DNA of 64,000 nt from Rhizodiscina lignyota (Eukaryota): contig ML978136.1 of assembly GCA_010015805.1 (NCBI GenBank), positions 434,001 through 498,000 of the forward strand, read 5' to 3'. The notes under the pieces are model-generated. The model saw only the letters and a program-made list of their open reading frames with translations, searched no databases and had not been told where the DNA came from. Both the position numbers and the translations under genes were made by a program. Of this stretch, positions 28,185 to 42,224 are shown piece by piece. Each line of letters begins with the position of its first letter. Position 1 is the first letter of the stretch.

Positions 28185-28961
28185 TCAACTGGTTTTTACA
28201 CCCTTCTTCCGCATATTCTGATACGCGGACCAAAGCGCTTCTCCGAAAATCTCATAACCCCTCTGATCTAAATGCACTCCGTCTGCCAGGTGGTTTACAA
28301 GATCTGGGTTACTCCCTATGAACTCTACGCGCTCATCGCCCAGAGATCCCACCATTGCGCGCAGCATGTCGTTGCTCTCCTCCACGATGCCTTGCTTCTT
28401 GAGTCGCTTGCTGCCCCTGGGGCACAGGGCGCATACGCATATGCGCACGTCTGGAGATGCCCACTTGAGTGCCTCGATGAGGAGCTTGTAGGACTCGATG
28501 TGTTGTGGTGAGAGGGGATGCTTGTCGCCGACAAGATCGTTGGTGCCGATTTCGAGCATAACATAGTCAACGCCAGAGTCCTTTAGCGCCTGGAGCAGAT
28601 CCTTATTGACGAGGCGGTAGATGACATTGCTAATGTGGTCGCCGCCAACGCCGCAGTTCATGACCTCAGGGTACCTGATTTCCTGCGCTCCGAACGGCGT
28701 GTTGCAGCCAGTTGTCTTGAAGCGCTCGAGCATACTGTCGCCGAGCAGCAGGCATTCGATGCGCTGGCGTTCAGCGAGGGGCCCCACATGATCACTGTCG
28801 TGCGTGGTAGAGGAGCGTTCCTTATATTTGGCGGCGGTTCGAAGGCGGGAGAAGAGGTCTCGTTGTGGCGAGGTAGATCGGGAGGCGGGAGAAGAGGCCA
28901 TCATGGATGACTTTTGTGATTCAGCTCGATTTTTGATTCCGGTGAAGCGAAGGCCAATCAT
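28185..28961 (-). CDS. SGNH/GDSL hydrolase, PAF-acetylhydrolase IB-like (start may be ATG 28904 or 28901)
   Basis: Block I LLGDSM, block II NCGVGGD, block III EIGTND and block V DGVHL: complete Ser/Asp/His set; intronless. Confidence 0.88.
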   Translation of the reverse strand: MIGLRFTGIKNRAESQKSSMMASSPASRSTSPQRDLFSRLRTAAKYKERSSTTHDSDHVGPLAERQRIECLLLGDSMLERFKTTGCNTPFGAQEIRYPEVMNCGVGGDHISNVIYRLVNKDLLQALKDSGVDYVMLEIGTNDLVGDKHPLSPQHIESYKLLIEALKWASPDVRICVCALCPRGSKRLKKQGIVEESNDMLRAMVGSLGDERVEFIGSNPDLVNHLADGVHLDQRGYEIFGEALWSAYQNMRKKGVKTS

Positions 28962-29407
28962 TGATCGAGCAGTGATGACTAAGACCTCAGTGGCGTGAGA
29001 CTGAATTGAATATATGCAAATGATAGAATTAAATTCAGAGTGAGCGTGCTTTTAACACAGCAACTGACTCATAAGGAAGTGTGGGTCATGCGGTCTCCCA
29101 AGTCGGAAAAGAGACACCGGGCCTCGAATCAGGGGGGTGATTTCGTTGATTATGAGAGAAGACGGCAGTACCATATACGTTGAATAGCTCTTGCTTCTCG
29201 TGCATCTCGGGATTTCGTTGGATCGCCGTTGAAGGTGGATCTAATTAAGTTCACCTTTCTGGCCACCACTTCGCGTGCCATCGGCAAATTATGACCTTTA
29301 GCGGACTTTGGCGATGCTGGGGTTAGATTTTGCTCCACATGCGCACCGCATATGGCACCGGTCCAGCCAAATTGTTGATTTGTCTGTTTTCATTCATTGC
29401 CAGTTTT

Positions 29408-30713
29408 TCAGCCTCCTGCTCCATTCTTCTCCAATTGTGGCCCGAATATATCCTCTCCTTCCCTCATACTCTTCTCCCGCTCGAGCTTCCTCCTCTTTGC
29501 CACGCTCTCATCCAATTTTCCATCTACAGTTTCATCCCGTTTCTGTGCGCGATTCAAGCTGACGAGGTCCACCTTCTCGGGGTTTTGGCACTTATATATC
29601 TTCTTATCGATGCGGATAAGTTCATCGCGACCGAGTTGCTCGAATGATTGGAGCATCTCTGCACACAATCGGATCGTGGCCATGACTTTGGGGAAAATAG
29701 TAGAGGCGGAAGTGGCACTAGGAAATTTTGTGGATAGATAGAAGCTCGTAAGCGCTTCGTCGGCGAGAAGTAGCGATGCGAACATGATTTGCGACGGCGT
29801 ATAAAGGAAGTAAGCGTCTGTGAGTATGCCCGCAGAGCCGAGGGTGAGCTTCGCCTGTCCATAAGCATCGTCAAGTCTCTTCCGGAGCGCTGCTGCACTG
29901 TCCTGCAACATCGCACCATCCTTCGGCGGCAGTGCTTGCATAGCTTCCTGAACTTCTTTTGCTGTTCGCCCCTCGCCAGGTAGTAGCGCCGCCTGCCCCT
30001 CTACCATTGCCTGCATTTCCATGTGTACACCCCGAAGTGCATGAAAAGGATGTTTCACGTCAAATGTAAATCGTATGCCTTGCGTGAGGATAAACTCAGG
30101 CGCGAGAATGTCCTCGTTCGTAACCTTCTTTTTCTTCCCCAGCCCACTTTGTAAATTTCGTACGTACTTGTCGAGACCCATGTAGTGTGGTTCAGTTTTC
30201 GTGGCAAAGTAAAGAGAGGTCATCATGATCACGCGGGGGTGATAAGTCATGGGTGAGTTGGAAAGGTAGAAACGCTTCATGAACTGAACTGCTGTGGCCT
30301 GTGTATGGACAAGTTAGCTTTGAAGTTTGATATGAAGAAGGTAACATGGAGCTCACAATGACGTGAATGGGGAAGCTGAATTCTTTCGCTTCGCCGATTG
30401 TTTTGGCCTGAGAGCAATAATACTCTACGAGCATTCTCTCTTCATCGACCGTGAGTGTCTCCACCTCTGCGTCTTTGTCTCCATGAGCACTCCCATTTGC
30501 CTGTCCATTCTCTCCCAACGGCGTCGAAAATCCACTCGAGTCTGCTGAAGCCGCGGGTTGGGCCTGGCCACTTTCTCTGCTCTTCTTGATTGCTGCTTTA
30601 ACGCGTTCAGCCGCCAGGGCATTGGTGCTGTTGCGGAGCGAGGCGAGCTTCTCTGGAGTAAAAGACCAGAGTCGGTATTGTGTAGAGGTGCGGTATATTT
30701 CATCTTCAGTCAT
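29408..30713 (-). CDS. ccl1: Cyclin H (Ccl1/Mcs2), TFIIH/CAK cyclin
   Basis: MTEDEIYRTSTQYRLWSF, LTVDEE; intron 30299-30356 then ATAVQFMKRFYLSNSPMTYHP, FTFDVKHPF and TDAYFLYTPSQI. Confidence 0.93.
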
Positions 30714-31164
30714 TGTGAAGCGCCAATAGGAATTAGAAGAGTGGTGAAGATGGGCAGAAACGGGAAGTCCGAGAGGAAGCCTTAAATAGCTTTGGCGACA
30801 CCTGATTTAAGGACAAAATACCATTTGTGTTGAGGAATTTCTCATGATGAGTATCCTAATCGAGAGGCTAACGGGACCAAAGATTCCTTAGATGCCTCTG
30901 AAGCACGAAATCATGGTACATGTGATTGAAAGTCTATCAACTTTTTGGAGGATGTGGTCTTGGCCGCATCGCCCACCGTATTGCCTGTACTTCGTAACCC
31001 CTGCTCATGCGGCTTAATATGCATCAGGTAGCGAAGCTTCAAAAGTCCCAGAGACTTCTAAGCTCATTTACCCGCACCACGCGGAAATCCGATTGCTTCT
31101 TAGATAATCTCAACATGTAGCGTGTCCGGTGTCACCTCTCCATCACTACATACAATCATCCGCC

Positions 31165-34100
31165 ATGTCTCGCCGACAGGATCCCTTCCGCTCACGCCCT
31201 AATGGCGGTGGATATGGCAATGGCTACGCAAATGGCTATACCGCGAGCGCCAGTACCACCAGCGTCGAGGACTATGACCCTTACAACACGAACTCCTACA
31301 GCTCGACCCCCCAGAACAACCCTTATGGCTCCAGTGGCTCCGACCCAAGCCTCGCACCTCGCTCCCGTCGCAGTCCTGAACCTCCGCAACCTCCTGCCGC
31401 GAGGCGCGATCGACGCGCTGGCCGTGCAGGAGGCTATGGTGGCTTTTCATTCGAGGCAGAGGAGGACGAAATGGAACAGCAGGGAGAGCATGTGAGGAGA
31501 CCGAGTAGTATTGAGAGGATGGGCGCGAAGAGGCGAAGCGGAGGAAGTCCTAGAGCTTTCGTGGGGAGAGAGAGGAGAGGCGGCATGCATGGAAGAGGGA
31601 TGGGTAGTGTGGACATGAATGGGGCGGGTGGGCGGCAAATGCAAGGTTGGTACTACATATTTGGAAGAATGCTCCTACTTTTGGAGACGAGCACATGGAT
31701 GGGTTGCACAACGTGAACAAGGGTTTCACTACTCGTGGAGCGCCCTGAGGTTATAACGTCCATCTCTGCAGCCTCTCTCAGTTCAATTGAAATCAACCCT
31801 CAGTTTGAACTATGGCTAACACACAGAATCTGTTAGATATCCTTCAGTATATCCAGCGGGACTGGGACTTCATGTCCAGCGAGCAATGTGTGCCTGTCCA
31901 GATCGCTCTCCAGCTCATGGATTCCAGCTCACTCGGTCTGGCACACCGGCTTGGCGAGTTTCAAGATACTCATCAGCAGCTGCAAAGCGCGCTCAAGGCA
32001 ATTGTCAATGAGCATCACCAAGGTTTCAACAGTTCTATTGGTACCTTTCATAACATCCAGGCGGCAATAACGGCCTCGCAAACCCGACTTCGGACCCTGA
32101 AGGACTCACTGATATCTGCGAAATCAAATCTTTCTACGGCCAAGCCGGAGCTAAAAGGTCTTGCAACACAGACTCAGAACTACGATGACATGCTACAGGT
32201 GCTCGCCAGCATCGAGCACCTCCAGAGCATACCAGAGCAACTGGAAGCAAGAATCACGGAGAAACGGTTTCTGGGTGCGGTAGAACTCCTGCAAGATGCG
32301 CTCCGCCTCATTCGAAAGTCCGAAATGGACAACATTGGAGCCCTAAGCGACCTGAGAGTCTATCTGAGCAACCAAGAGCATTCGCTCACGGACATTCTGA
32401 TTGAAGAGTTGCACAGCCACCTTTATCTTAAATCTCCGTATTGTGAGAGCAGGTGGAAACAGTACGCACCTAGTTCAACCACTGGTACCGACTCACCAGA
32501 GCAAAGTGGATCTGCTGCTCTTGCCAGAGGCAGGAAGCTGTACCACTTTCTGGATAAATTGGACATGACAGAACCGATGGTCGATGATGCGACGCGTAAC
32601 CCTGAGGCTGACACATTCAGCTATATACAGTTGCTCATTGAGGCTCTGAATAACTTGAACCGACTTGAAGAAGCGGTGGAGATGATTGAGCAGCGTCTTC
32701 CCGTTGAGCTGTTCCGCGTGGTGGAGCGGTCCAATCTAGAAGTCGACCAACGCCACCCGAATAGTCTACGAGCGACAACCGGTAAAGGCAGACTCGACGT
32801 CCCTGGGCCAGATAACCCTCGAACCGTAGTTTTGATGGACCTTCTGAACACTGTCTTCGCCAGATTTGAGTCAATTGCTGAAAGCCACCGTGTTGTTCAC
32901 GAGGTCATTGCTGGCATTGTGAAACGTGAGGGACTCAAGGATGCGAGCAACCTCACACGTGGTTTCAGAGAACTATGGAAGCTCTACCAAAGCGAGATCC
33001 GCTCGGTCCTCCACGACTACCTCGCCACTGACGCTCAGGCGTTCCGGTCGGGCCAGGACGGTTACAACAGGAATATCTTCAGAAAGATACAGAGGGACAA
33101 GAGCAAAGCGATGTTCAAGCTTACAGATATGGACTCAAAGTCTTCAGATCTCACGATGGAGAAGGAAGACCTTGAGAAGATCTTGAAGGCTTCGGTTCCT
33201 GGACTTGTTTCAGATTCTCGACAGACTGATCTGCCGACGGAAAGTGGAACCGTAAACGCTATACGCGACGGTGGAACCGGCCACAAGCTACTCATTGAAC
33301 CAAGCGTGTTTAACATGGGCACCTTATTACCACCATCTCTGGTATTTTTGAATCGTTTGAAGGAAGTCGTCCCTCCAAGCTCTGACATCGCCACCTCGAC
33401 ACTTACTATGTTCCTCGACGAATTCCTGGTTAATGTCTTCCTGCCCCAGCTTGATGAGACGCTTGTAGAGCTCTGCGCACAAACTTTTACGGAGAGTGAT
33501 GCATTCCAGCTGGAGCCACTGTGGACTTCGATGGCCCAGAAACCGATTTTCAAGGGTAGCAAGAAGTTCTTTGATCTTATTACTGCCTTTTGCAGCATGC
33601 TGGATAATTTACCGCATGATCAAGCGTTTAGTCAGCTCATCGTCACACAAATGATGACGTACTACGACACATGTATGCGGTGGTTTGACGGGTTGGTTGC
33701 TCGGTCGGAGCCAAAGGCGAGCGGACGGATGATCAAGTCGAGCGCGTTCCTTGCTAGACTTCCAGAGATGAAGACGTTGATGGCAGAGCTACGCGATGCC
33801 AGCGACGAGTCACGTTCAGAGATGATCGATAAAGAGATTCCTATTTTCTTGGAAAAGGTGGGAAGTGAGAAACTCGACGAAGCTGATCTCATTGTGGAAG
33901 GAAAGAGCATATCCGCACTCTGCCTTATCTATACGAGCATGAAGTGGCTCGCCTCGAAAGTCTCGCATCTCCGACACATCACTACCCAGACAACAGACTC
34001 GTCGAGGCGGCATAGTGGCCGACCGCAGCTGCAGCGCAGCTGGACGGATGTTGCGTCGTCAGACCCGCAGGATCAGCAAATCTCGGTGTATCTTCCGCTT

Positions 34101-34798
34101 AGCAAAGAAACTGCTGCTGGCTTCGATCAGGCGGTGGGCCAGTACAGAGCACTGGCAGATCAATCGATTGAGACTTTGCATTTTGAGATGCGGTGTCACG
34201 CTGTATACCACTTGCAGAAGAGTTTGCGAGAAACCTACATGCTGGAGCAAATTGTCAAGACTCCACAGGAAGAGATCAGTGATATGAATGCGGACTTGGT
34301 GGCTTTCGATGAGGAGTTGGGCAAGGTATTGCCAGCCAAGCAACAAGCGTCAGTCTCCATAGCTGTTATTTTGATTTGAGAAGCAGCCTGAAGATTGAAC
34401 TACATGCTGACGGATACAACAGCTTTATCACCACAGGTTTGGGCGCCCTCATGGACCAAGTCCTCGTCTCTATGGGCAGCAGCATCAAACTTATGAATAC
34501 CTGTGGGTGCAGTCAAGTGCAGATGAATATTTTGGTGTTGCAGCAAAACCTTAAGAATATAGAACCCGCCGCATCGTTCAAGCGCGCCGCGACGTACTAC
34601 GATTTGGCCTTTAGGGGGGCTGACGCGGTGATTGCAAAGGCGAAGGAGGAAGGCAGGGAATGTGGGTTTAGTTATGAGGAGATGAAGACGCTGTTAGAGC
34701 TGTGCTACAGTGGGCCGATGAAGAGTGAGGACAGCACTGTGCAAGTGCAAAGGCAGTTGGACGAGCATCTGCTGGAGTTGAGCGAGTATTTGTATTGA
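31165..34798 (+). CDS. sec8: Exocyst complex component Sec8
   Basis: ATG 31165; introns 31646-31836 and 34349-34422. CVPVQIALQLMDSSSLG, VNEHHQGFNSSIGTF, EELHSHLYLKSPY, NILVLQQNLKNIE and FSYEEMK. Confidence 0.93.
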
Positions 34799-35174
34799 GC
34801 TTTGAGCATTGTCAGTACTGCATAAACCTTCAGCGACTATTAGTCTTGATTCTTTTTGGGGCTTGGACTCTGGCGTGGATAGCCTTGAGGGATACCAATT
34901 CAATCAGCTTCGCATTTAGCACCTTGAATGCGGAGGGATGGTTTATATTGTCGTCAAGCAAGGGTCTTAGTTATGTCCCGAGCTGTGTGGCCGCCTGCCG
35001 TACACTTCGCGCGCCTCGCGCATTCAACTCTTCAAAGTGAAAGAGAACGTTGCAACACACCAACCTTCACTCCGCAACACTACTGCCCCTCTTTCCTTTC
35101 TTCTACACTCCTGATGAAACCTTGAAACTTCATCAACTCTGTCGCTCGACTCTGTCGCGCCTGCACTCACCACC

Positions 35175-38100
35175 ATGGCGACACTTACCAACGGTCACAA
35201 TGGAGTGAATGGCAGCCGCCATCAATACCAACCTGGTGCAGAGCGCTTTTCCGACATTCCTCCGGCGATCGATATTACGGTGAACGAAGAGGGCGACGAA
35301 GAAGCTGTCGAGGTGAATCTTGTCGAACTTCTCGATGACCCAACCGAGCTATGCACGCTGCTCGAGAACGAGAATGTACCAAAAACATACTGGATGGTGA
35401 TCGCGCTCGCATACGCGAAACAGCGCAAGGTCGACCATGCGATTGAGATTCTGACAAAGGGTATGGGAGCGCTGAGGAGGGATAAACCCGACGAAAAGCT
35501 GAGCATGCTTTGCGGTCTTGTTTGGATGTATCTCTGGAAGTGCAGAGAAGCACCCAGAGTCAAACCCGGTATGTCCACTCAATTTTTGAATCACCACGTA
35601 ACTACAATAGTAATTACGTGCAGATGGAGTAGTGGCTTCGGAGGCGAGGACCAAGGACTTCTACATCCAACAGGCAACGAGCGCACTCAACGAGGCGGCG
35701 CGATTGAGCCCTTCTTACGCTCCTCTCTTCCTTGCTCGTGGCGTCCTTCATCTCCTAAAAGCTTCCCTACAAGGGCCTCCGAAAGCAACACCGGGTGGGC
35801 AAGACAATTCGGAGCGCATGGAGGCGTTGCGCAGCGCGTTGAAGTGCTTCGAAGACTCACTACGCCACTCTCCAGGCACAAATCTCATGGCTGTAATGGG
35901 CAAGGCTCGTGTATACTTTGCGTTGGGGAAATATGCGGATGCGCTGCAGGGATATCAGACAGTCCTAGAGCGAGCGCCAGAATTGGTAGACCCTGATCCA
36001 AGGATTGGCATCGGAGCCTGTCTTTGGCAATTGGGACATAAAGAGGAGGCCAAGAATGCCTGGGATCGAGCATTGGAAGTGAGTCCCGATTCGACGATTG
36101 CGAACATGCTCCTTGGAATCTACTACCTCGACTCGAGCTCGAAGTACCCTATCTCCGACCCAAAGTTTGCGGACCTCTACAAGAAGGCAATGATGAGCTA
36201 TACACACAAGGCATTTAAGCTAGACGATCATTTGCCTATCGCTTGCGCAACATTTGGTGGTTACTTTTTAGTCCGAAAGTACATGCCACAAGTGGAGAGT
36301 CTTGCGAAACGAGCAATCGAATTGACAGACGTCAACGCTATTGCCAGCGACGGCTGGTACCTTCTTGCCCGAAAGGAACATTACGAAGGAGATCCTTCCA
36401 AGGCCCATGAGTACTATCTGAAAGCGGATCAGGCCCGCGGTGGCGATGAGCGAGGCTACCTCCCGGCCAAGTTCGGAGCGGCTCAGATCAGAGTGCTCAT
36501 GGAAGACTTCGACGGTGCGAAATTCCGTCTTGAGAAGATTGTGCAACAGTCAAAGAGCATCGAAGCCATGACGCTGCTAGGTACACTATATGCAGAGGAT
36601 GTCTTTACTGCCCAGTCATCAGCTGCGAAGGAGGATAGATCTGCGGAGAAAAAGAAGGCAATCGGCCTCCTAGAATCTGTGCGTATGGCGTGGAAGGACC
36701 CGAAGAAGAAGCTCTCGCCTGACTCGGCCGTGCTTTTAAACCTTTCCCGACTTTATGAGACAGACCAGCCGGAGAAGAGCCTGCAATGCCTGCAACAAGT
36801 TGAACAAATGGAGCTGGACGCGATACCGGAAGACGACAGGCCAGAAGACATTGAAGATGAAGTTGAGATGAAGGCAGCTCTTCGCGAACAACTTCCACCG
36901 GAACTCCTCAATAACATGGCTTGTTTCCACTATCAAGCAGAAAAATATCCGGAAGCAAGGGAGCTCTTCCAATCCGCTCTAAATGCCTGTGTCAAAGCAG
37001 GCGACAAGGACCAATCTCTCGACACCGATGCACTCGTCACAACCATCTCTTACAATCTTGCACGGACATACGAGGCCGAAGGCCTGCTGGATGAAGCGAA
37101 GCAAGTCTACGAGGGTCTCGTAGCCCGCCATGAAGATTACACAGATGCCAACACCCGACTGGCGTACATCAACCTTCGCCAGAACCCCACAGAGGAAGGA
37201 CCAAAGGCAGTCCAAGAACTGTATCAAGCCGCGTCCAATGACTTAGAGGTCCGCGCGTTGTATGGTTGGTATCTGTCAAAGTCAAAGAGGCGAACGGGCA
37301 ACATTGCAGAAGATGCCGAACAACGACACTACAAACATTCACTCCAACAATACGACAAGCACGATCGTTACTCCCTCACAGGAATGGGAAATCTCTACCT
37401 CACTGTTGCGCGTGAGATGCGTCGTGAGACTGACCAGGATCGCCAGAAGCGGAGCAAGATGTATGAAAGAGCTGTCGAGTTTTTCGATAAAGCACTGCAG
37501 CTAGATGCACGCAATGCGTATGCAGCGCAGGGCATCGGCATTGCCATGATCGAGGATAAGAAGGACTTTCCTGGCGCTGTGCAAGTGTTTACCAAGGTCA
37601 AGGAAACGTTGAGGGATTCGACCGTCTGCATCAATCTGGGACATGCCTATTGTGAGCTGAAGCAGTACACCAGGGCTATTGAGAACGTAAGTGCCCTCAC
37701 ATCATTCGCCACTTCCTCATACTGATACACTGACAACATGCACAGTATGACGTTGCGCTTGCAAAAGACCGAGCCAATGATCCACAACTCCTGGCCTGTC
37801 TCGGCCGCGTGTGGTACCTTCGCGGCAAGCAGGAGCGCAACATCCAAGCTATGCGCACATCACTTGAGTTCTCTCAGCGTGCTCTCGAGGTTGCGCCCGA
37901 CCAAATCCATTTCCGCTTCAACGTCGCATTCGTCCAGTTTCAGATCTCTCAGACAATGGTCAATATCCCAGAATCGCAGCGCACAGTTGAGGATGTGCAA
38001 GCAGCGCTTGATGGTCTGACTGCTTCTATCGACTCGCTCATTGCAATTGCTAAATCACCAAATCCGCCGTTCCCAAGAGGCGATATCGAGCAGAGAGCGA

Positions 38101-38939
38101 ACATGGGTCGGAACACAATCAGAAGACAGCTTGAGCGTGCTCTTCAAGCTCAGAAAGAGTATGAGGAGAAGAATGCAAGTCGTCTTGAGCAAGCGCGACA
38201 GCTGCGCGAGGCAGAGATACGCAAGCGAGAAGAAGAGAAGAAGAGATTGGAGGAAGAGGCCGAGGAGGCGAGGAAGAAGATTCTAGAGGAGAGAACTCGC
38301 ATGCAAGAGCGCGATCGCGAGTTGGCTGAGCAGCGAGCTGATGAAGAGAAGGCGAGAGTAGATGCGGAGATGACGACAGACAGTGAGACTGGCGAGCGGA
38401 GGAAGCGCACGAAGAAGAAGGCTGCCAAGAGGAAGAAGAAGGGTGAAGAAACCGGGGACGAGGATGATGGTGTCGAAGGCGAAGAGGGTAGACGAAGAGG
38501 TACGCCGGGTACAGGCGATGAAGATGGCGAGCGTAGGAAGAAGAAGAGGAGGCGCTTGGAGAGAAAGAGCGAGAAGGCCAGCAAGAAGTCCAGCAAGTAC
38601 AAGTCAGCAGACTTCATCGAGGACAGCGACGAAGAAGATGATGCGCTGCAGGAAATGGACAACAATGCGAAACTAGCGGAGAAGCTGAATGATGATGAGT
38701 CGATGCCGGATACGCCGATGCCGGATGAAGATGGGGAAGATGAGGAGCTTGACGCAGCCCCCAAGGCAAGGAAGTCGGCTCGCGTCATCGACGATGAGGA
38801 TGAAGATGAGGAAGACGAGCGGCCGGCTAATGGAACACCGCCAGAGAATGGAGTCACCAGCGAGGCTGATGATGTCGACATGTTCGGTGATGGTGAGGTG
38901 GATGGTGGAAATGCTGCTGCTACCGATGAAGATGAGTGA
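35175..38939 (+). CDS. ctr9: Paf1 complex TPR subunit Ctr9 (Tpr1)
   Basis: IDI...DDPTELCTLLENE..W N-terminus, many TPRs (PDPRIGIG, PELLNN, NAYAAQGIGI) and a charged tail with KYKSADFIEDSD. Introns 35569-35623 and 37687-37745. Confidence 0.93.
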
Positions 38940-39913
38940 TTCTGCGGCCAATACTGCCTTTATAGGATGCATCAGCACAGGCGCTCTTTGGGGTTTTAGA
39001 CACCGACACAGGCAAATTGTTGTAGGATAGAGTTCTTCTGATTGGGGACTACTAGTAATGAATGGCAGCCCTTCATGTCTTGCATTCATGCCTTTACAGT
39101 CTCGACAGTGGTCAAGGTCGGACTTTCTCTCTGAGCAAATCACCAGAATTTCGTTGCGCTTTTTTGGGCTCCTTAGGCCATTCTTCGGTGTCCTACACTA
39201 GTGTGGCAGAGATTTCAACGATAGACACCCACAGCCTCGAAGGTGACGGAATGGTTGAGACGGCTATAATACGCTAGGCTGCTGAAGTACATAATCACTA
39301 TTTCAGGATACTTATGTCTATGTACAGTCTAGATATATCATACTGAGCCTGCAATGATGCTCCCGCCCAAGCTGAGGAGCAAAATTCCACTCAGTGGTAT
39401 CCGCAGAAGTGTGCCACTGAATGTCAGTGTTGGAACTTGGAGGAGTACCTATATCTGGGTGCCGGGGTGCCTGAAGTTCGACACGTGGGGTACCGATAAC
39501 TGGGTACTGGGTAAGGAAAAGGTTTGTCCCCGGGAAATCCCGCATTATTGCCCCTCATTGCGGCTGGCTTGCCTTTGCCCACAGACCCCTGCTCGCTGTT
39601 CGTCGCTGAAATAATTGTTGAACATCTGCGCTCAGACTTTTCAACTTCACCGTCAAAGCAGCACACAGCTGAGGCAGACAGTGAGAACTTCATCCTCCGC
39701 ATACACTTCAGTGGCTTGACGGCCCTTTCAAGCGCCGCTTTCTTTCTGAGTGCTTCCCTGGACGTCATTCCTTCGGGCGCCTATCGATATCTGCATCGCC
39801 TCCCACGCTACACACCCCGGCGGCCTGCACATCACATTGTAAATTTATCAGCCCACTCGAAATTTCCCTCCTCCATCAACCACCTAGCCCCTCGCACATA
39901 ACTTCCGTTCACG

Positions 39914-41936
39914 ATGCCCCCGGTCTCCGCATCGAAAGCTGCACGACAGGCCAAGCGCGCCGCTGAGGGCAAGGAGCCCAAGAAGACGGCCGCCTCAAAG
40001 GTCGCATCGAAAGCGTCGTCAAAGGCTGCGTCAAAGAACGCCTCCAGCGCCTCCTCTGTCAACGGCGATGACCCTATGCTCGATGGCGATACTCCTGAGC
40101 TTGGAGATGATGCAGTTGCAGGCGTTGATGAGAAGGTAAAGAAGTTGACGCTGCAGGAGGACAAGGATGGGCTGTCGGATCGAGTGACGACTGGTGTGCT
40201 TGCCTCGCTAGAAGCGAGTCGCGATGTCAAGATCTCATCGGCGAGTTTGGTGTTCCATGGCAAGGTTCTGATCCAGGATTCTACGATCGAGGTTAACTTC
40301 GGCCGGCGGTATGGACTGCTCGGTGAGAATGGATGCGGCAAGTCGACCCTTCTGAAGGCCATCGACAAGAGGGAATTTCCATTTCCGGAGCACGTCGATA
40401 TTTATCTGCTGAATGAGGGTGCGGAGCCGAGCGATCTGGGTGCTTTGGAATGGGTCGTGAGGCAGGCGGAGAACGAGTTGCAGAGGCTGGAAAAGTTGGC
40501 TGAGGATATTCTGGAGCGAGATGGCCCAGAAGCACCGGCCTTAGAGGATATCTACGAGGTATGCTTCCCTTTACCCCACGTATTAAGCTCAACTAAATGT
40601 TATAGCGCATGGAAAGCATGGATCCGTCGACCTTCCACACTCGCGCATCTCTCATTCTCACTGGTCTCGGATTCAACAAGATTACAATCAACAAGAAAAC
40701 CAAAGACATGTCTGGAGGCTGGAGAATGCGTGTGGCACTCGGCAAGGCATTGTTCGTCAAGCCGTCGCTGCTGCTGCTCGATGACCCAACGGCACATTTG
40801 GACTTGGAGGCTTGCGTGTGGCTGGAAGAGTACCTGAAGAAGTGGGAAAAGACGCTCATACTGGTCTCGCATTCCATGGACTTCTTGAACGGTGTCTGTA
40901 CCAACATGATCGATATGCGGCAAAAAAGGCTCATCTACTACGGTGGTAACTACGACTCTTACATCAAGACGAGAACCGAGCAAGAGACGAACCAGTCGAA
41001 GGCATACGACAAGCAGCAGGAAGAAATCAAGCACATCAAGAAATTCATCGCATCTGCTGGCACCTACGCCAATCTCGTTCGCCAAGCCAAGTCCCGACAA
41101 AAGATTCTCGACAAGATGGAAGCAGATGGCTTCATCGAGCCAGTCATTCCGGACCGCGTCTTCACCTTCCGCTTTGCCGATGTCGAGAAGCTTCCTCCAC
41201 CGGTACTATCGCTGGATGATGTCACCTTCTCATACAGCGGCAAGCCAGAGGACAACCTGTACGAACACCTTGACTTCGGCGTCGACATGGACTCGCGAAC
41301 AGCTCTCGTCGGACCCAACGGTGTCGGCAAGTCCACGCTCCTCCGCATCTTCACTGGCAAACTCTCTCCCACCAAGGGCAGCGTCTCCCGCCATACCCAT
41401 CTCAAGCTCGGCATGTACAGTCAGCACAGTGCTGAGCAGCTTGACCTTACCAAGTCTTCTCTTGACTTTGTTCGCGACAAGTACTCTAGTAAGTCTCAAG
41501 ACTACCAGTACTGGCGGCAGCAGCTTGGGAAATATGGTCTCAGTGGCGACGCCCAGACTGCGCTGATGGGGACGCTGTCGGAGGGCCAGAAAAGTAGGAT
41601 TGTGTTCGCGCTGTTGGCGATAGAGTCACCGAATATGCTGTTGCTCGATGAGCCGACGAACGGTCTGGATATCCCGACGATTGATAGTTTGGCGGATGCA
41701 ATAAACTCGTTCAACGGTGGCGTTGTGGTAGTTTCTCACGACTTTAGGTAAGTTCTTCTGATCTCTGAACAGGCTCTTCTTTTGAACAAGAACACTAACC
41801 ATCACGTAGATTGCTTGACAAAATTGCAAAGGACATCATGGTGTGCGAGAACAGGACCGTCAGACGATGGGATGGCTCAATCGGTGACTACAAGAACCAC
41901 CTGCGGAAGAAGATGTTTTCAACGGGTGCCGTTTGA
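39914..41936 (+). CDS. arb1: ABC-F family ATPase Arb1/ABCF2
   Basis: Two ABC domains and no TM segments: GENGCGKS / MSGGWRMR / LLLLDDPT and GPNGVGKS / LSEGQKSR / LLLDEPTN. Introns 40559-40605 and 41748-41809; stop TGA 41934-41936. Confidence 0.95.
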
Positions 41937-42224
41937 GGTGGACTTGGTATGGATTTGACGAATTTGTGCATGAAATTGGATGAGAGCTTTCGCTATGGCT
42001 GAACATGCTTTGCTATGAACAGGATTTGATTCCTGTGCCCGCAGGGCTGACGCGAGCAGTCGGCGTGTTTTCGACGGGATCTCTTCGCGGCGCATGCGGA
42101 TACATAGATCGCTGATAGAGGCGCATTGGGAAGATTAGAATGCTTCTGCAGCATTAATGACAAAAGTGTTCGTTACGGAATAAACTATTTAACGGTTTCT
42201 CAACCCACTGTCGCAATTTATACT

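Noticed and set aside
30844..30901. ATGATGA...CTGA resembling C/D box snoRNA ends
   Set aside because: Only 58 nt, no convincing terminal stem or rRNA-complementary guide, and it lies in the short ccl1/sec8 bidirectional promoter.
31646..31836. Long sec8 intron as a possible stwintron or snoRNA host
   Set aside because: No nested splice arrangement that restores a donor and no clear C/D or H/ACA boxes; only a short AGTTCAA/TTGAACT inverted repeat.
38150..38881. 243 aa Ser/Phe-rich minus-strand ORF
   Set aside because: Antisense of the Glu/Lys/Asp-rich Ctr9 tail.
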